DNA of 60,574 nucleotides, taken from positions 1-60,574 of the forward strand of contig CBDUBS010000003.1 of NCBI GenBank assembly GCA_965365445.1. The letters are read 5' to 3'. The notes beneath the pieces are model-generated. The model was not told the origin of the DNA and searched no databases. It saw only the letters and a list, made by a program, of their open reading frames with translations. The position numbers and the translations under genes were made by a program. Source of the stretch: an uncultured bacterium. Lineage in GTDB: Bacteria > Bacteroidota > Rhodothermia > Rhodothermales > DASSAV01. Shown in pieces: positions 1-10,443 of the stretch. Every line of letters begins with the position of its first letter. Position 1 is the stretch's first letter.

Positions 1-2357
1 TCCCACCGGCGGTCCATTTCCAGCCTGTACTGATCGGTGGCCCGGCTCATGCTGAACCCCATCGTATTGAACACGTCGCTCACCCGGAGCCCCAGGCTGG
101 CCCGCTCTCCGAAGAGTTGCTGCCGGAAGGCCAGGTCGCTCATCGAGAACGCATCCATGCGGCCGTTCTCGATGTTTATGGGAGAGCGGTAGAAGAACGA
201 AGCCTGCACGTCCAGGCCGGGCCGTACCTGATAGGACGCATTGATCCGCGTGGACCAGCCGTAGGCGTCGTTGCTCAGGTCCGACTCGACGTTGCTGCCG
301 TCCGTCTGGATGCGGTATACGTTCAGGCTGCCGTAGGCGTTCAGGCGGCGGCCAAACCGGAGCGTCCCGATGGACTCGGCGCCCCAGGAGTCGCTGGTAT
401 CGAAGTTCTGGAAGGTCAGCGTGGTTACACCTGTGGTATCCATGAACTGGTAATAGTGGATCATGTCCACGGTGCGCCGGAAGTAGGGGCTGAGGGTAAA
501 CGTGGTAGCCTTCGAGGTGCGCACGAAGCCCGCCTCGATGCTGTGTATGTATTCCGGCCGCAGGTACGGGTTGCCCACCCGCTGGAACAGCGGGTCGTCC
601 TGGTCGCGGAAGGGGTTGAGCGCATAGGTGCGCGGCCGGTTGATCCGTTTGCTGTAGTTGGCTTTGATCTGGTTCTTTTCGGACAGCTTGTACGTGAGGA
701 AAGCGCTCGGGAACAGGCTGAAGTAGTCGTTGTCGTAAGATTCCTGCGTGGTGCGCAGGTCGAAGGTGGTCATGGCCTGCTCCACACGAAGCCCCGCCTG
801 GAACCCCAGGCGGCCCATCTCAGAGGCCAGGATGCCGTAGGCGGCATGAACCTGCTCGTTGAAGAGAAACGTATTGTTCAGATCCACGTCCGGGCGGTAT
901 TGCCCCAGACCGAAATCGTAGGATTCGGAAATGAACTCCGAATCGAGGCGGCGGAGCGCGCCTTTATACCCTGCCTCGATCTTGCCCTTCTCCCCGAGCG
1001 GCCGCAGGTAGTCCACCTGAAACGAGGTTTCCGTGCTGCGCTCGTCCTGATCGACGTTCTGAAGCTCGCGCGCCAGATCCGTCGGGGATGTTGCCGGTTG
1101 CGGGACCAGCACACGCTCCAGGTAGTTTTCCTGCTCCATTTCCGTCTCTCGCTCGAAACGCATCTCCGCCGTTAGCTCGTGCTTCGTCGGATCGAGGATG
1201 CGCCGGAAGGACAGGGCGTAATCCATGTTGAAGTCGTCGCCTTCCTCATCGGCGAGCCGCTCGTACCGGTTGGTGAGCACCAGCGCATCATCCAGCTCGG
1301 AGTAGTCGGTGAACTCGTCGCCGTCGGCCCCCCGTATTCCGGCCATAGCGGAAAGGGAGAGGCTGTGCCGCCGGTCCAGCTGGTAATCCAGGTTGGTATT
1401 GAGCATGTGCGAGAGTGAATTGTGCTCGCCCAGGTTGTTCGATTCGAGAAACGTGCTCGGCTCCCGGAACCGGTACTCGTTGAATCGGTCGCCCTCCATG
1501 TTCCGCGAGCCGTTTCGGAAACCGTAATTCGCCCGGAGGCCCAGCTTTCCCTTTCCGTATGCCAGGAAGCCGGAGGCATTGTAGTTGTCCTGCGTGCCCA
1601 GGCCGGCCGTGAGGCCGCCGCTCAGCCCGAGATCGGTATCCTGTTTGAGCACGATGTTGAGGATGCCGGACATGCCGTCGGGCTCGTACCGGGCCGAAGG
1701 ATTGGGGATCACCTCGATGCGCTCGATGGAACTGGCCGGCAGCCCCTGCAGGAAGCTGGCCAGCATATCCCCGTTCATCTGCGCAGGGCGTCCGTTGAGC
1801 AACACGGCCACGTTCTGGCTGCCCCGGAGGCTGACTTTGCCGTCCACATCCACCTCTACGGACGGAATGTTGCGGAGTACGTCGGTAGCAGAGCCGCCCA
1901 CGGCGACGAGCTGATCCTTCGTATTGTACACGGTCCGGTCGATGCGCGTCTCCATGAACCCGCGTTCGGCTTCCACACGCACTTCTTCCAGCATGGCCGT
2001 ATCGGGACCCAGGCCCACCTTTCCGAGGTCGGCGTGGCGCATGGTCTGGCTCAGGTTGATGTCATCGATCGTCCGGCTGCGGTAGCCGATGAAGCTGACC
2101 GTGAGGTAGTACCTCCCGCCCTGAAGCTGCTCCAGGTCGAAGCGCCCGGCCTCGTCGGTTACAGCGCCGGTAACCAGGCTCGAATCCCGGGCGCTCCACA
2201 GGGCCACCGTGGCCGTCTCGATGGGGCGCTCCGTATCCGAATCCACCACCGTGCCGCTGATATGGCCCACACTGGGGATGGCGGGGCGGCCCTGCCCCCA
2301 TGCGGCAGGAGCCGCGCAGGCGAGCAGAACGAAAAAAGCTGAAACAAGATATTTCAA
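1..2357 (-). CDS. TonB-dependent receptor / outer-membrane beta-barrel protein (partial, runs off left edge)
   Basis: Manual minus-strand translation from TTG 2357: signal peptide MKYLVSAFFVLLACAAPAAWG, CarboxypepD_reg-like domain (ISGTVVD...ATVAL...FIGY), plug motifs (VLRNIPSVEVDVDGKVSLRG, IERIEVIPNPSARYEPDGMSGILNIVLK). Not in the ORF track because it has no stop in the window. Confidence 0.85.
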   Translation of the reverse strand, partial: MKYLVSAFFVLLACAAPAAWGQGRPAIPSVGHISGTVVDSDTERPIETATVALWSARDSSLVTGAVTDEAGRFDLEQLQGGRYYLTVSFIGYRSRTIDDINLSQTMRHADLGKVGLGPDTAMLEEVRVEAERGFMETRIDRTVYNTKDQLVAVGGSATDVLRNIPSVEVDVDGKVSLRGSQNVAVLLNGRPAQMNGDMLASFLQGLPASSIERIEVIPNPSARYEPDGMSGILNIVLKQDTDLGLSGGLTAGLGTQDNYNASGFLAYGKGKLGLRANYGFRNGSRNMEGDRFNEYRFREPSTFLESNNLGEHNSLSHMLNTNLDYQLDRRHSLSLSAMAGIRGADGDEFTDYSELDDALVLTNRYERLADEEGDDFNMDYALSFRRILDPTKHELTAEMRFERETEMEQENYLERVLVPQPATSPTDLARELQNVDQDERSTETSFQVDYLRPLGEKGKIEAGYKGALRRLDSEFISESYDFGLGQYRPDVDLNNTFLFNEQVHAAYGILASEMGRLGFQAGLRVEQAMTTFDLRTTQESYDNDYFSLFPSAFLTYKLSEKNQIKANYSKRINRPRTYALNPFRDQDDPLFQRVGNPYLRPEYIHSIEAGFVRTSKATTFTLSPYFRRTVDMIHYYQFMDTTGVTTLTFQNFDTSDSWGAESIGTLRFGRRLNAYGSLNVYRIQTDGSNVESDLSNDAYGWSTRINASYQVRPGLDVQASFFYRSPINIENGRMDAFSMSDLAFRQQLFGERASLGLRVSDVFNTMGFSMSRATDQYRLEMDRRW

Positions 2358-2497
2358 GGTATACACTGGTAGGCTAACCGATTGGGAAAGGATGATTCAC
2401 GCCTCGGCCGCCGGTTCGCGGGAGCCGGGTACGGATTACGAAAACAAGACGAGGGAGATCCCCCATTCCGCTGCACAAAACCGATCTCACCGGGAGG

Positions 2498-2540
2498 AAA
2501 AAGAAAGGGTGTTCCGACGTGTACCGGTAGTTAGACACCC
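2498..2540 (-). terminator. Possible intrinsic terminator between CPBP gene and TonB receptor
   Basis: GGGTGT/ACACCC stem followed on the minus strand by TTTCTTTTT. Confidence 0.35.
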
Positions 2541-2644
2541 GACGCCTCAAAACGATTCCATCGAGGAGGGGCGTCAGCCTGTGGAACGTAAAGGAAATCG
2601 GGGGGTGTCGAAGGGTGAGGGTTGGAGATATGGAGCACCGAAGC

Positions 2645-3547
2645 CTACCGGCCGGCGGTTTGCTCCCACGGATTTTTTCTGCCGATGTGGACGTGCGGCA
2701 GAAACGCGCCATCCGCTGTCAGCGGGTCGAATGGCGCCCCTGTCGTCCGCCTGTCCGGCCAGGCTATAAGCAGCAGCACGGAAAGAGCCAGCACATAGAT
2801 CGACGGATCCACGGCCGAGTGGATCAAAGACAGCGGTGCATTGACTAGCGCATGGATGCCTACGGCAACCCACAGATTGTTCGTCCGCAGGTAAGCCAGC
2901 GCCAGAAATACCCCTACCAGCATGGCATGAACTACGTATACGGTAATCTGCTCCGCGTTCATGCCCATACCGATCCCGGCGGGAATGTGGTTCAGCCCGA
3001 AATACCACTGGGAAGCCAGCAGTGAAAACAGCAGCCGCTTTCGGGGGGAATGCGGCCATACGGATGCGGTAAGAATGAACAACTGGGGAAATAGAAATCC
3101 CCGGTAGGCCACCTCCTCCACGAGAGCGCTTCCAAGCAGATGATGAAGCAGGTCGACGAGCCGGGAGGTCGTAATGGGGGCGGTTTGCAAGGGTAGCCCC
3201 GCCCATACGATTTCCCGAACCCCGACCGCTCCGTGCATGGCCACCCACAACAGGACGAATACGGTTGCGCCCGCAAGAAAAGTCCGTGCGCGCAACCCTA
3301 GGTCGGCCGGGCGGAGCCGTCCCCACAGCAGCGCAACTCCCCCTACGGCCGCCAGAAACTTGAGCGCGTACCCGACCAGCGGAGGGTCGATCCACCCTCC
3401 CGACCATACCGTGAGGTCGATCAGGAAGGATGCCTCGGCCAGGTCGGTGAAAAAAAGTAACGTGGCCGCTTCGTACATGCAGACGAACAGGCACAACACT
3501 CCCCACCCGGCAGCGCGAACGTCGGCGAATGGGGAAGGTCGAAGCAT
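2645..3547 (-). CDS. CPBP (CAAX protease/Abi) family intramembrane glutamic endopeptidase
   Basis: EEVAYRG, FGLNH and HALVN motifs; multiple TM segments. Confidence 0.85.
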   Translation of the reverse strand: MLRPSPFADVRAAGWGVLCLFVCMYEAATLLFFTDLAEASFLIDLTVWSGGWIDPPLVGYALKFLAAVGGVALLWGRLRPADLGLRARTFLAGATVFVLLWVAMHGAVGVREIVWAGLPLQTAPITTSRLVDLLHHLLGSALVEEVAYRGFLFPQLFILTASVWPHSPRKRLLFSLLASQWYFGLNHIPAGIGMGMNAEQITVYVVHAMLVGVFLALAYLRTNNLWVAVGIHALVNAPLSLIHSAVDPSIYVLALSVLLLIAWPDRRTTGAPFDPLTADGAFLPHVHIGRKNPWEQTAGR

Positions 3548-3765
3548 CGTATTTGGGAGCCACGTGGGAGGTCTGGTGTAGAGTAGAAGCCTGTATCGGA
3601 CCGTCTATGCTCCAGTGGCTTAAATAAACGCCTCAGTTGCTACGTATTTGGATAAAGCAGGCGAAGCATTACCGGCTTTTCCTATTTCATATCCCATTCT
3701 CTGGAACAAGCAACAGCGGTCTGCCTTAGCACGGCGTCGCAACTCGATCATCAACCATGAAAGCA

Positions 3766-3781
3766 TAACATTTTCCTAACA
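3766..3781 (+). promoter_or_regulatory. Putative Pho box-like direct repeat
   Basis: TAACA-N6-TAACA (11-bp period) about 100 bp upstream of the porin-pst operon. Confidence 0.45.
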
Positions 3782-3884
3782 AACCACTGCCGTCGCATAC
3801 CTATTCTTATTCATTTGCCATTGCGCGGTGCAACGGCGCGAACGCAGGCCGCAACGAGCCTCCCGGTATACTTCACTCGAGATC

Positions 3885-4856
3885 ATGCGACGAAAATGGG
3901 TGTTTTTCATCCTGTTTATCCCCTGGATGACCGCCTTCGGACAGGAACGCGCCCGGTTGACCGGCCAGGCTTTCATGGATTACTATTACATATTGAACGC
4001 AGAGGATTCCAGCCGGGCCGACCTGAACGGATTTGCTTTCAGACGTATGTACCTGGGCGCCGCGTTTACGCTTTCCGATCGGTTTTCCGGCCTGTTCCGG
4101 TTGGAGGCGGATGACGTGACGCTTTCGAGCAAGGGATCGGTGGCCTACGTTAAGGATTTGTACCTTCGGTGGAACGGCCCCTCCGGGCATCGGGTCACGG
4201 CCGGTATTGCCTCGACGCCTTCTTTTGGCGTGTCCGAGCGGGTCTGGGGGTACCGGAGTATCCAAAAAACGATCATGGATTACTATGGCATCGTCTCATC
4301 ACGCGACTTCGGCATCCGGGTGGATGGCCCGCTGCTGGCGGGAGACAGAGCCCGGTTTACCGTCATGGTGGCCAACAACAGCTCGACGCGCCCCGAAACC
4401 GACCGGCAGAAGCGGGTGTACGGCCAGTTGGAAGCCTACCCGACCGACTACCTTACGTTTACCGTCGGAGCCGACTATGCCGGGTACGGCGATGCCCGGG
4501 ACCGGGGCACAAACATGAACGGCTTCGCCGGATATCACCACAGGGGTTTTAGCGTGGGGCTGGAAGCCTTCCTGAACCGGATCACCTACCGGCAGGCCGA
4601 CGATATCCGGCGGTCCGGAGTTTCCTTGTTTGCCGTGGCTCCGGTTGCCGAAAAGTGGAACGCGCTTGCCCGGTTCGACCGGGCCCGGTTGGGCCGGCCG
4701 GACGCCGACGACTACCTGGAAACCCTCCTGGTCGGCGGCCTGGCCTACGAAGCCGACGATAACGTTCGCATCATTCCCAACCTCATCGCCGTCAAGCCGG
4801 ATGACGCATCCGAAGTAGACCTGACGGGACGGATAACGCTCGAAATCTCTTTTTAA
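3885..4856 (+). CDS. Outer-membrane porin, probably phosphate-related
   Basis: Signal peptide, FRRMYLG and SSRDFG porin-like motifs, C-terminal Phe; first gene of the pst operon. Confidence 0.7.
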   Translation: MRRKWVFFILFIPWMTAFGQERARLTGQAFMDYYYILNAEDSSRADLNGFAFRRMYLGAAFTLSDRFSGLFRLEADDVTLSSKGSVAYVKDLYLRWNGPSGHRVTAGIASTPSFGVSERVWGYRSIQKTIMDYYGIVSSRDFGIRVDGPLLAGDRARFTVMVANNSSTRPETDRQKRVYGQLEAYPTDYLTFTVGADYAGYGDARDRGTNMNGFAGYHHRGFSVGLEAFLNRITYRQADDIRRSGVSLFAVAPVAEKWNALARFDRARLGRPDADDYLETLLVGGLAYEADDNVRIIPNLIAVKPDDASEVDLTGRITLEISF

Positions 4857-4913
4857 CGCTCGCCGACGGGGGCGACCCCGCCGATCTCTCAACCGAGAAC
4901 CTGTAACCCTGCC

Positions 4914-5984
4914 ATGATTCGCCTTCGACTTGCCCACATCGCTTTCCCGTTCCTGTTTGCCGGCGCCCTGATCGGATGTGGGGGCGACAACGCCTCCCGT
5001 GATGACGCCGGAGCGCTTGCCGGTACTGTCCGCATCGACGGATCGAGCACCGTTTTCCCGATTACGGAGGCCGTTGCCGAGGAGTTTGGCCGCGAGCATC
5101 CGAATGTCCGCGTGAGCGTCGGCGCCAGCGGCACAGGCGGCGGCTTCGGGAAGTTCTTGCGTGAGGAAACCGACATTAACGACGCCTCCCGGCCGATCAA
5201 GCCGGTCGAGATCGAGCAGGCCGTCCAGAACAACATCGAGTACATCGAGCTGCCGGTAGCCTACGACGGTCTGGCGATTATTGCCAACCCCGAGAACGAC
5301 TGGGCGGAGTGCCTTACCGTAGAGGAACTCAACAAGATCTGGCAGCCCAATAGTACGGTGGACAACTGGAGCCAGGTGCGTTCCGGCTTTCCGGATCGGC
5401 CCATCCGGCTTTACGGACCCGGCACCGATAGCGGAACGTATGACTACTTCACCGAAGCCGTCATCGGTGAAGAGGGGGCGAGCCGCACCGATTATACGGC
5501 CAGCGAGGACGACAACGTACTCGTACAGGGGGTGCAGGGCGATCCGAACGCGCTCGGCTTTTTCGGCATGGCTTATTACGAGGCCAACCGGGAGCGCCTG
5601 AAGCTGATCGGCGTAGACGACGGCGACGCCGCGAACGGCGAGGGGTGCGTGCAGCCCTCTACGGAAACCATCCGCGACGGCACGTACCAGCCGCTGGCCC
5701 GCCCTATCTTCATGTACGTCCGGAAAGCGAGCATGGAAGATCCCTCGGTGAAAGCGTTCGTGGAATACTACCTCCAGAATGCCGCACAGCTCGCCCCGGA
5801 GGTCGGGTACGTGCCGCTCTCCGACGAAGCGTACACGCTGGGTCTGGAACGCTTCCGCAGAGGGATTCACGGGAGTGTGTTTGAAGGCGGAGGCTCGCAG
5901 GTAGGCGTGCGCATCGAGGACCTGCTTCAGCGCGAAGAGGAATCCGTAGGAGCCGGAGCGGGCGAAGAACCCGCCGCGCCCTGA
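4914..5984 (+). CDS. pstS: Phosphate ABC transporter substrate-binding lipoprotein
   Basis: Lipobox LIGC; [22 protein letters not shown] and YQPLARP motifs. Confidence 0.95.
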   Translation: MIRLRLAHIAFPFLFAGALIGCGGDNASRDDAGALAGTVRIDGSSTVFPITEAVAEEFGREHPNVRVSVGASGTGGGFGKFLREETDINDASRPIKPVEIEQAVQNNIEYIELPVAYDGLAIIANPENDWAECLTVEELNKIWQPNSTVDNWSQVRSGFPDRPIRLYGPGTDSGTYDYFTEAVIGEEGASRTDYTASEDDNVLVQGVQGDPNALGFFGMAYYEANRERLKLIGVDDGDAANGEGCVQPSTETIRDGTYQPLARPIFMYVRKASMEDPSVKAFVEYYLQNAAQLAPEVGYVPLSDEAYTLGLERFRRGIHGSVFEGGGSQVGVRIEDLLQREEESVGAGAGEEPAAP

Positions 5985-6043
5985 AATGCGGTGGTCGGTC
6001 CGTCACCCGGCCTCCCCGGCATCGCAACGAAACGACCTGCCTT

Positions 6044-7009
6044 ATGAACCCGGTTCAGGCTCAACAGCCGATAGCCCATATCGACCCCGAGCGCCCGGGG
6101 GCCGTCCCGGCCCTGTCGCTCTCCAATAACGTATTTCGCAGCCCGAGGGAGCGCCTGATCGAGTACACCCTCGGGTTTTGCGCTCTGATCAGCGTGTTCA
6201 CCACGCTGGGAATCGGGGCGGTGCTGATTTACGAGTCCGCTTCCTTTTTTGTCCAGGTGCCGCTGCTCGAATTCCTGACGGGCTCCGAGTGGACGCCCCA
6301 GTTTGCCGAAAAACATTTCGGCATCCTGCCGCTGCTCTCCGGGACGTTTCTCGTAACGGCCATTGCCGCCGTGGTGGCCATTCCGCTGGGGGTGGCAACG
6401 GCCATTTATATTGCGGAGTATGCGCCTTTTCGCGTCCGGCGGTGGCTGAAGCCGAGCATCGAGTTGCTGGCCGGCGTACCGACCGTCGTGTACGGTTACT
6501 TTGCCCTGACCTTTGTGACGCCGGTGCTCCAGCAGTTCATACCGGGGCTGAACGTATTCAACGCGCTCAGCGCCGGGCTGGTCGTAGGCATCATGATCCT
6601 GCCGGTGGTGGCTTCCCTGAGCGAAGACGCCATCCGCTCCGTACCCCGGTCGCTCGCCGAGGGGGCGTATGCCCTGGGCGCCACGAAAATCGAGGTCGTG
6701 CTCCGGGTGATGGTTCCCGGCGCCCTGAGCGGCATCATCGCCAGCTTTATCCTGGCCATCAGCCGCGCCGTGGGCGAAACCATGATCGTAACGCTGGCAG
6801 CCGGGGCCACCCCCCGGCTTACCCTCAATCCGGTCGATTCGATCCAGACGATGACGGCCTATATCGTGCAGGTGAGCCTCGGCGATACGCCGCAGGGAAC
6901 CATCGTGTACGCGAGTATTTTTGCCGTCGGGCTGGTGTTGTTCCTCATTACCCTGGCGCTCAATTTCCTCGCGGCCGCCGTCATACGTAAATACCAGGAG
7001 CGATACTGA
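6044..7009 (+). CDS. pstC: Phosphate ABC transporter permease PstC
   Basis: ELLAGVPTVVYG, SRAVGETM motifs; operon position. Confidence 0.95.
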   Translation: MNPVQAQQPIAHIDPERPGAVPALSLSNNVFRSPRERLIEYTLGFCALISVFTTLGIGAVLIYESASFFVQVPLLEFLTGSEWTPQFAEKHFGILPLLSGTFLVTAIAAVVAIPLGVATAIYIAEYAPFRVRRWLKPSIELLAGVPTVVYGYFALTFVTPVLQQFIPGLNVFNALSAGLVVGIMILPVVASLSEDAIRSVPRSLAEGAYALGATKIEVVLRVMVPGALSGIIASFILAISRAVGETMIVTLAAGATPRLTLNPVDSIQTMTAYIVQVSLGDTPQGTIVYASIFAVGLVLFLITLALNFLAAAVIRKYQERY

Positions 7010-7014
7010 TATTC

Positions 7015-7905
7015 ATGACGACCACGACGATCTCGAATAGCCTGTTCAACGAAAACATCGAGCGGCGGCGGCGGCGCGGCGTCATCATGGGCGTGGTGTT
7101 TCTGCTGTCAACCATTTTCGGCCTGGCCGTGCTGATGACGCTGCTCGTGGACATTGCGATCAAGGGCGCCGGCTGGCTCGACGCGGAGTTTCTTACCAGT
7201 TTTCCGTCCCGGTTTGCCGAGCGGGCGGGGATCAAATCGGCGCTCGTCGGGTCGCTATGGATGATCCTGCTTACGGCCGTCATCTCGGTGCCCGTGGGGG
7301 TGGCCTCGGCGGTATACCTCGAGGAATACGCTCCCCGGGGGTGGTTTTTCCGGTTCGTTCAGATCAACATTTCCAACCTGGCCGGCGTGCCTTCGGTGCT
7401 GTACGGCATCCTCGGTCTGGCGCTGTTCGTCCGCTTCTTTTCCCTCGGGCGCAGCCTGCTGGCCGGAGCGCTCACGATGGCCTTGCTCATTCTGCCGGTC
7501 ATCATCATCAGCACGCAGGAGGCGCTGCGCGCCGTGCCGCAGGGAATCCGGGAGAGCGCCTATGCGTTAGGAGCCACACGGTCGCAGGTGATCTGGAGCC
7601 ACCTGTTGCCCATTTCGGCGCCGGGGATTCTGACGGGGATCATCCTTTCGCTGAGCCGGGCCATAGGAGAAACCGCACCCCTCATCATGATCGGTGCGCT
7701 GTCTTTCGTGGCGTTCCTTCCGGATTCCATCATGGATTCGTTTACGGTGCTGCCGATCCAGATATTCAACTGGACGGCCCGGCCGCAGGTCGAGTTTCAG
7801 TACCTGGCTGCCGCCGGCATCCTCATCCTGATGATCGTGCTTCTGGTGATGAACCTGGGCGCGATTCTGTTGCGCAATTATTTTGAAAGGTACCGCCCGC
7901 GGTAA
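7015..7905 (+). CDS. pstA: Phosphate ABC transporter permease PstA
   Basis: [21 protein letters not shown] motifs. Confidence 0.95.
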   Translation: MTTTTISNSLFNENIERRRRRGVIMGVVFLLSTIFGLAVLMTLLVDIAIKGAGWLDAEFLTSFPSRFAERAGIKSALVGSLWMILLTAVISVPVGVASAVYLEEYAPRGWFFRFVQINISNLAGVPSVLYGILGLALFVRFFSLGRSLLAGALTMALLILPVIIISTQEALRAVPQGIRESAYALGATRSQVIWSHLLPISAPGILTGIILSLSRAIGETAPLIMIGALSFVAFLPDSIMDSFTVLPIQIFNWTARPQVEFQYLAAAGILILMIVLLVMNLGAILLRNYFERYRPR

Positions 7906-7939
7906 CACGCCGCCGGCGACCACAAGACACACGATAACG

Positions 7940-8824
7940 ATGACGGACAAATCAGCCACGTCCGAAAAAATACGGGAAGAAGCCGAGGCCCAGCTGAGCG
8001 CCGAGCAAAGCGAGCGTCGTAACGGTATCGATCCGGTTCCTCACGCAGTCCACCGGCCCTCCTCGCACGCGGCCGAAGCGCCCGTAAAAATTGCCATTCG
8101 CGACGTGAACTTCTGGTACGGTTCGGCGCAGGTGCTCAAAAGCATCTCGATGGATATCCGCACCAATGAAGTTACGGCGTTCATCGGCCCTTCGGGGTGC
8201 GGAAAAAGCACCCTCCTCCGGTGCCTCAACCGGATGAACGAACTCATCCCCGATGCGCGACTCGAAGGAAAGGTGCTCATCGATGGGCAGGACATATACG
8301 AAAAGGCCGACCCGGTGATGGTTCGCCGCCGCATCGGCATGGTGTTTCAGAAGCCCAACCCCTTTCCCAAGACGATCTATCAGAACGTCATCTGGGGGGC
8401 GACCATCAATGGCTACCGTGGAAACAAGGATGAACTCGTCGAGCAAAGCCTTCGCAAAGCCGCTCTCTGGGACGAAGTAAAGGACCGCCTGAACGAAAAT
8501 GCCTACGGCCTCAGCGGAGGGCAGCAGCAGCGGTTGTGCATCGCCCGCACCCTGGCCGTCGAGCCCGACGTGATCCTGATGGACGAGCCCGCCAGCGCCC
8601 TCGACCCTATCGCAACGGGCAAGCTCGAAGAAACCATCCGGGACCTGAAGCAGCATTACACCATCATCATCGTCACGCACAACATGCAACAGGCCTCCCG
8701 GGTGAGCGACGTAACCGCCTTTTTCTACCTCGGCGAGCTGGTCGAAATGAACCAGACTCCGGAGATATTCACCCGGCCCCGCAACCAGCAAACCGAAGAT
8801 TACATTACCGGGCGTTTCGGGTGA
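7940..8824 (+). CDS. pstB: Phosphate ABC transporter ATPase PstB
   Basis: [25 protein letters not shown]-terminal YITGRFG; start placed at ATG 7940. Confidence 0.95.
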   Translation: MTDKSATSEKIREEAEAQLSAEQSERRNGIDPVPHAVHRPSSHAAEAPVKIAIRDVNFWYGSAQVLKSISMDIRTNEVTAFIGPSGCGKSTLLRCLNRMNELIPDARLEGKVLIDGQDIYEKADPVMVRRRIGMVFQKPNPFPKTIYQNVIWGATINGYRGNKDELVEQSLRKAALWDEVKDRLNENAYGLSGGQQQRLCIARTLAVEPDVILMDEPASALDPIATGKLEETIRDLKQHYTIIIVTHNMQQASRVSDVTAFFYLGELVEMNQTPEIFTRPRNQQTEDYITGRFG

Positions 8825-8946
8825 ATCATCTTAGGATGGTTATGTTTATATTAAACAGGGCGGCAGGCCCGGGGCCCGCCCCCTTCCGCACCCGCGCGCA
8901 GAACGACGGGTATTCCGGGTGAACCTTAAAGGAGATCCATAGCCTC

Positions 8947-9642
8947 ATGCTGGTGCACCGCCATTTGGACGATGAGCTTACCGAGCTTCGCAACCTGCTC
9001 ATCGACATGTTGAATCTGGTAGACGAGCAGCTGGCGGATGCCATCAACGCCGTCAGTACGTGCAACCTGGAGCAGGCCGAACGAGTCCGCATCCGGGAAA
9101 ACGAGGTCGATGCCTACGAGCTTCGCATCGATGAGCAGTGCGAGCGCATCCTGGCTCTGCACAATCCGGTGGCCGTGGACCTCCGGCTGCTCATCGCGGC
9201 CGTGAAGGTCAATACCGACCTGGAGCGCATCGGGGACCACGCCAAAAACCTCGCGAAGAAAGCGCCTTTCGTCGCCGGATGCATCGATGAGTTCAAGCTG
9301 ACGCCCATCCGGGAGATGGCCGACCTTTCGCGCACCATTCTGCATGAGGCGCAGGATGCATTCGTCAAACGCGACCGCGTGCTCGCCCGGAAAGTACTCG
9401 CGCACGACCGGCAGGTAGACCGCCTGCACGATCAGGTGCTCGCGGCCATCGCCGAAATCCTCCGGGCGCAACCCGAAAAAGCGGCGGACCTCATTCATGT
9501 CATCATGATGAGCAAGGATATCGAGCGCATCGCCGACCACGCGAAAAACATGGCCGAGCGGGTCGTTTTTCTGGTCGAAGGAATCGATATCCGCCACCGG
9601 AAGCTGCAACCAAACGACAGCGCCGCCGCTCAAGGTTCATGA
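8947..9642 (+). CDS. phoU: Phosphate signalling protein PhoU
   Basis: PVAVDLR, DLERIGDHA and IERIADHA repeats; AAGGAG RBS. Confidence 0.95.
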   Translation: MLVHRHLDDELTELRNLLIDMLNLVDEQLADAINAVSTCNLEQAERVRIRENEVDAYELRIDEQCERILALHNPVAVDLRLLIAAVKVNTDLERIGDHAKNLAKKAPFVAGCIDEFKLTPIREMADLSRTILHEAQDAFVKRDRVLARKVLAHDRQVDRLHDQVLAAIAEILRAQPEKAADLIHVIMMSKDIERIADHAKNMAERVVFLVEGIDIRHRKLQPNDSAAAQGS

Positions 9643-10433
9643 TGGCTTCCCGGTTACGATTCATTCGCCCGTGGGCGTTACTCTGTTTCGTGTGGCTGGC
9701 TCTGCCGGCTACGGCCCGGCCGAGCGCACCGCCCGACTCGGGGTGGGTGTCCCTCTTTAACGGGAAGGACCTCGCCGGGTGGGAAACCTGGCTCGCCCGA
9801 ATGCCGGGTGAAACCCGAATGCTGGGGCTGAACAACGATCCGCTGAAGGTGTTTTCCGTGGAGGACGGGTCTCTGCGGATATCCGGGCAGGTGTTCGGAG
9901 CGCTGACCACCACCGAGGAATACGAAAACTACCATCTCCGGCTCGAACAGCGCTGGGGCGAGCAGAAATGGCCGCCTCGCCTCGAACGGCCGAAGGATAG
10001 CGGCATCTGTTACCACGCCACCGGAGCGCACGGCCTGTTTGCCGGGAGCTGGATGAAAAGCTACCAGCTACAGGTAGGCGAAGGATCCACCGGAGACCAC
10101 TGGAACATCGCCGGTCCCGTAGCCGACGCCGAAACCGAACCCTACGAGGCCGAACGCCGGTACAAACGGGGCGGCGAGCCGACCACCATCGGGAAAGGGC
10201 ACATAGCCGCCGCCGAACGCATGGAAAGGCCCTCCGGCGAGTGGAATACCATCGAACTCATCGCCCGGGGAGATAGCAGCACCTACATCGTCAACGGCAA
10301 AACGGTCATGGTGCTCTCGCGCCTCCGCGACGGAGCCGAAGGTTCGCCCCTCACCCAGGGCAGAATCCAGCTTCAGAGCGAAGGGGCGGAAGTGTGGTAC
10401 CGTAACATACGGATTCGGCCCCTGCCGGATTGA
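9639..10433 (+). CDS. DUF1080 / 3-keto-disaccharide hydrolase family secreted protein
   Basis: SLFNGKDLAGW, GEWNTIE and GRIQLQSEGAEVWYRNI motifs; signal peptide. Confidence 0.9.
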   Translation: MMASRLRFIRPWALLCFVWLALPATARPSAPPDSGWVSLFNGKDLAGWETWLARMPGETRMLGLNNDPLKVFSVEDGSLRISGQVFGALTTTEEYENYHLRLEQRWGEQKWPPRLERPKDSGICYHATGAHGLFAGSWMKSYQLQVGEGSTGDHWNIAGPVADAETEPYEAERRYKRGGEPTTIGKGHIAAAERMERPSGEWNTIELIARGDSSTYIVNGKTVMVLSRLRDGAEGSPLTQGRIQLQSEGAEVWYRNIRIRPLPD

Positions 10434-10443
10434 TGCCGGCCGT

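Noticed and set aside
117-2342. Long + strand ORFs (117-1175, 1422-2342) and many similar antisense ORFs across the window
   Set aside because: Shadow frames of real opposite-strand genes in high-GC DNA; no recognisable motifs.
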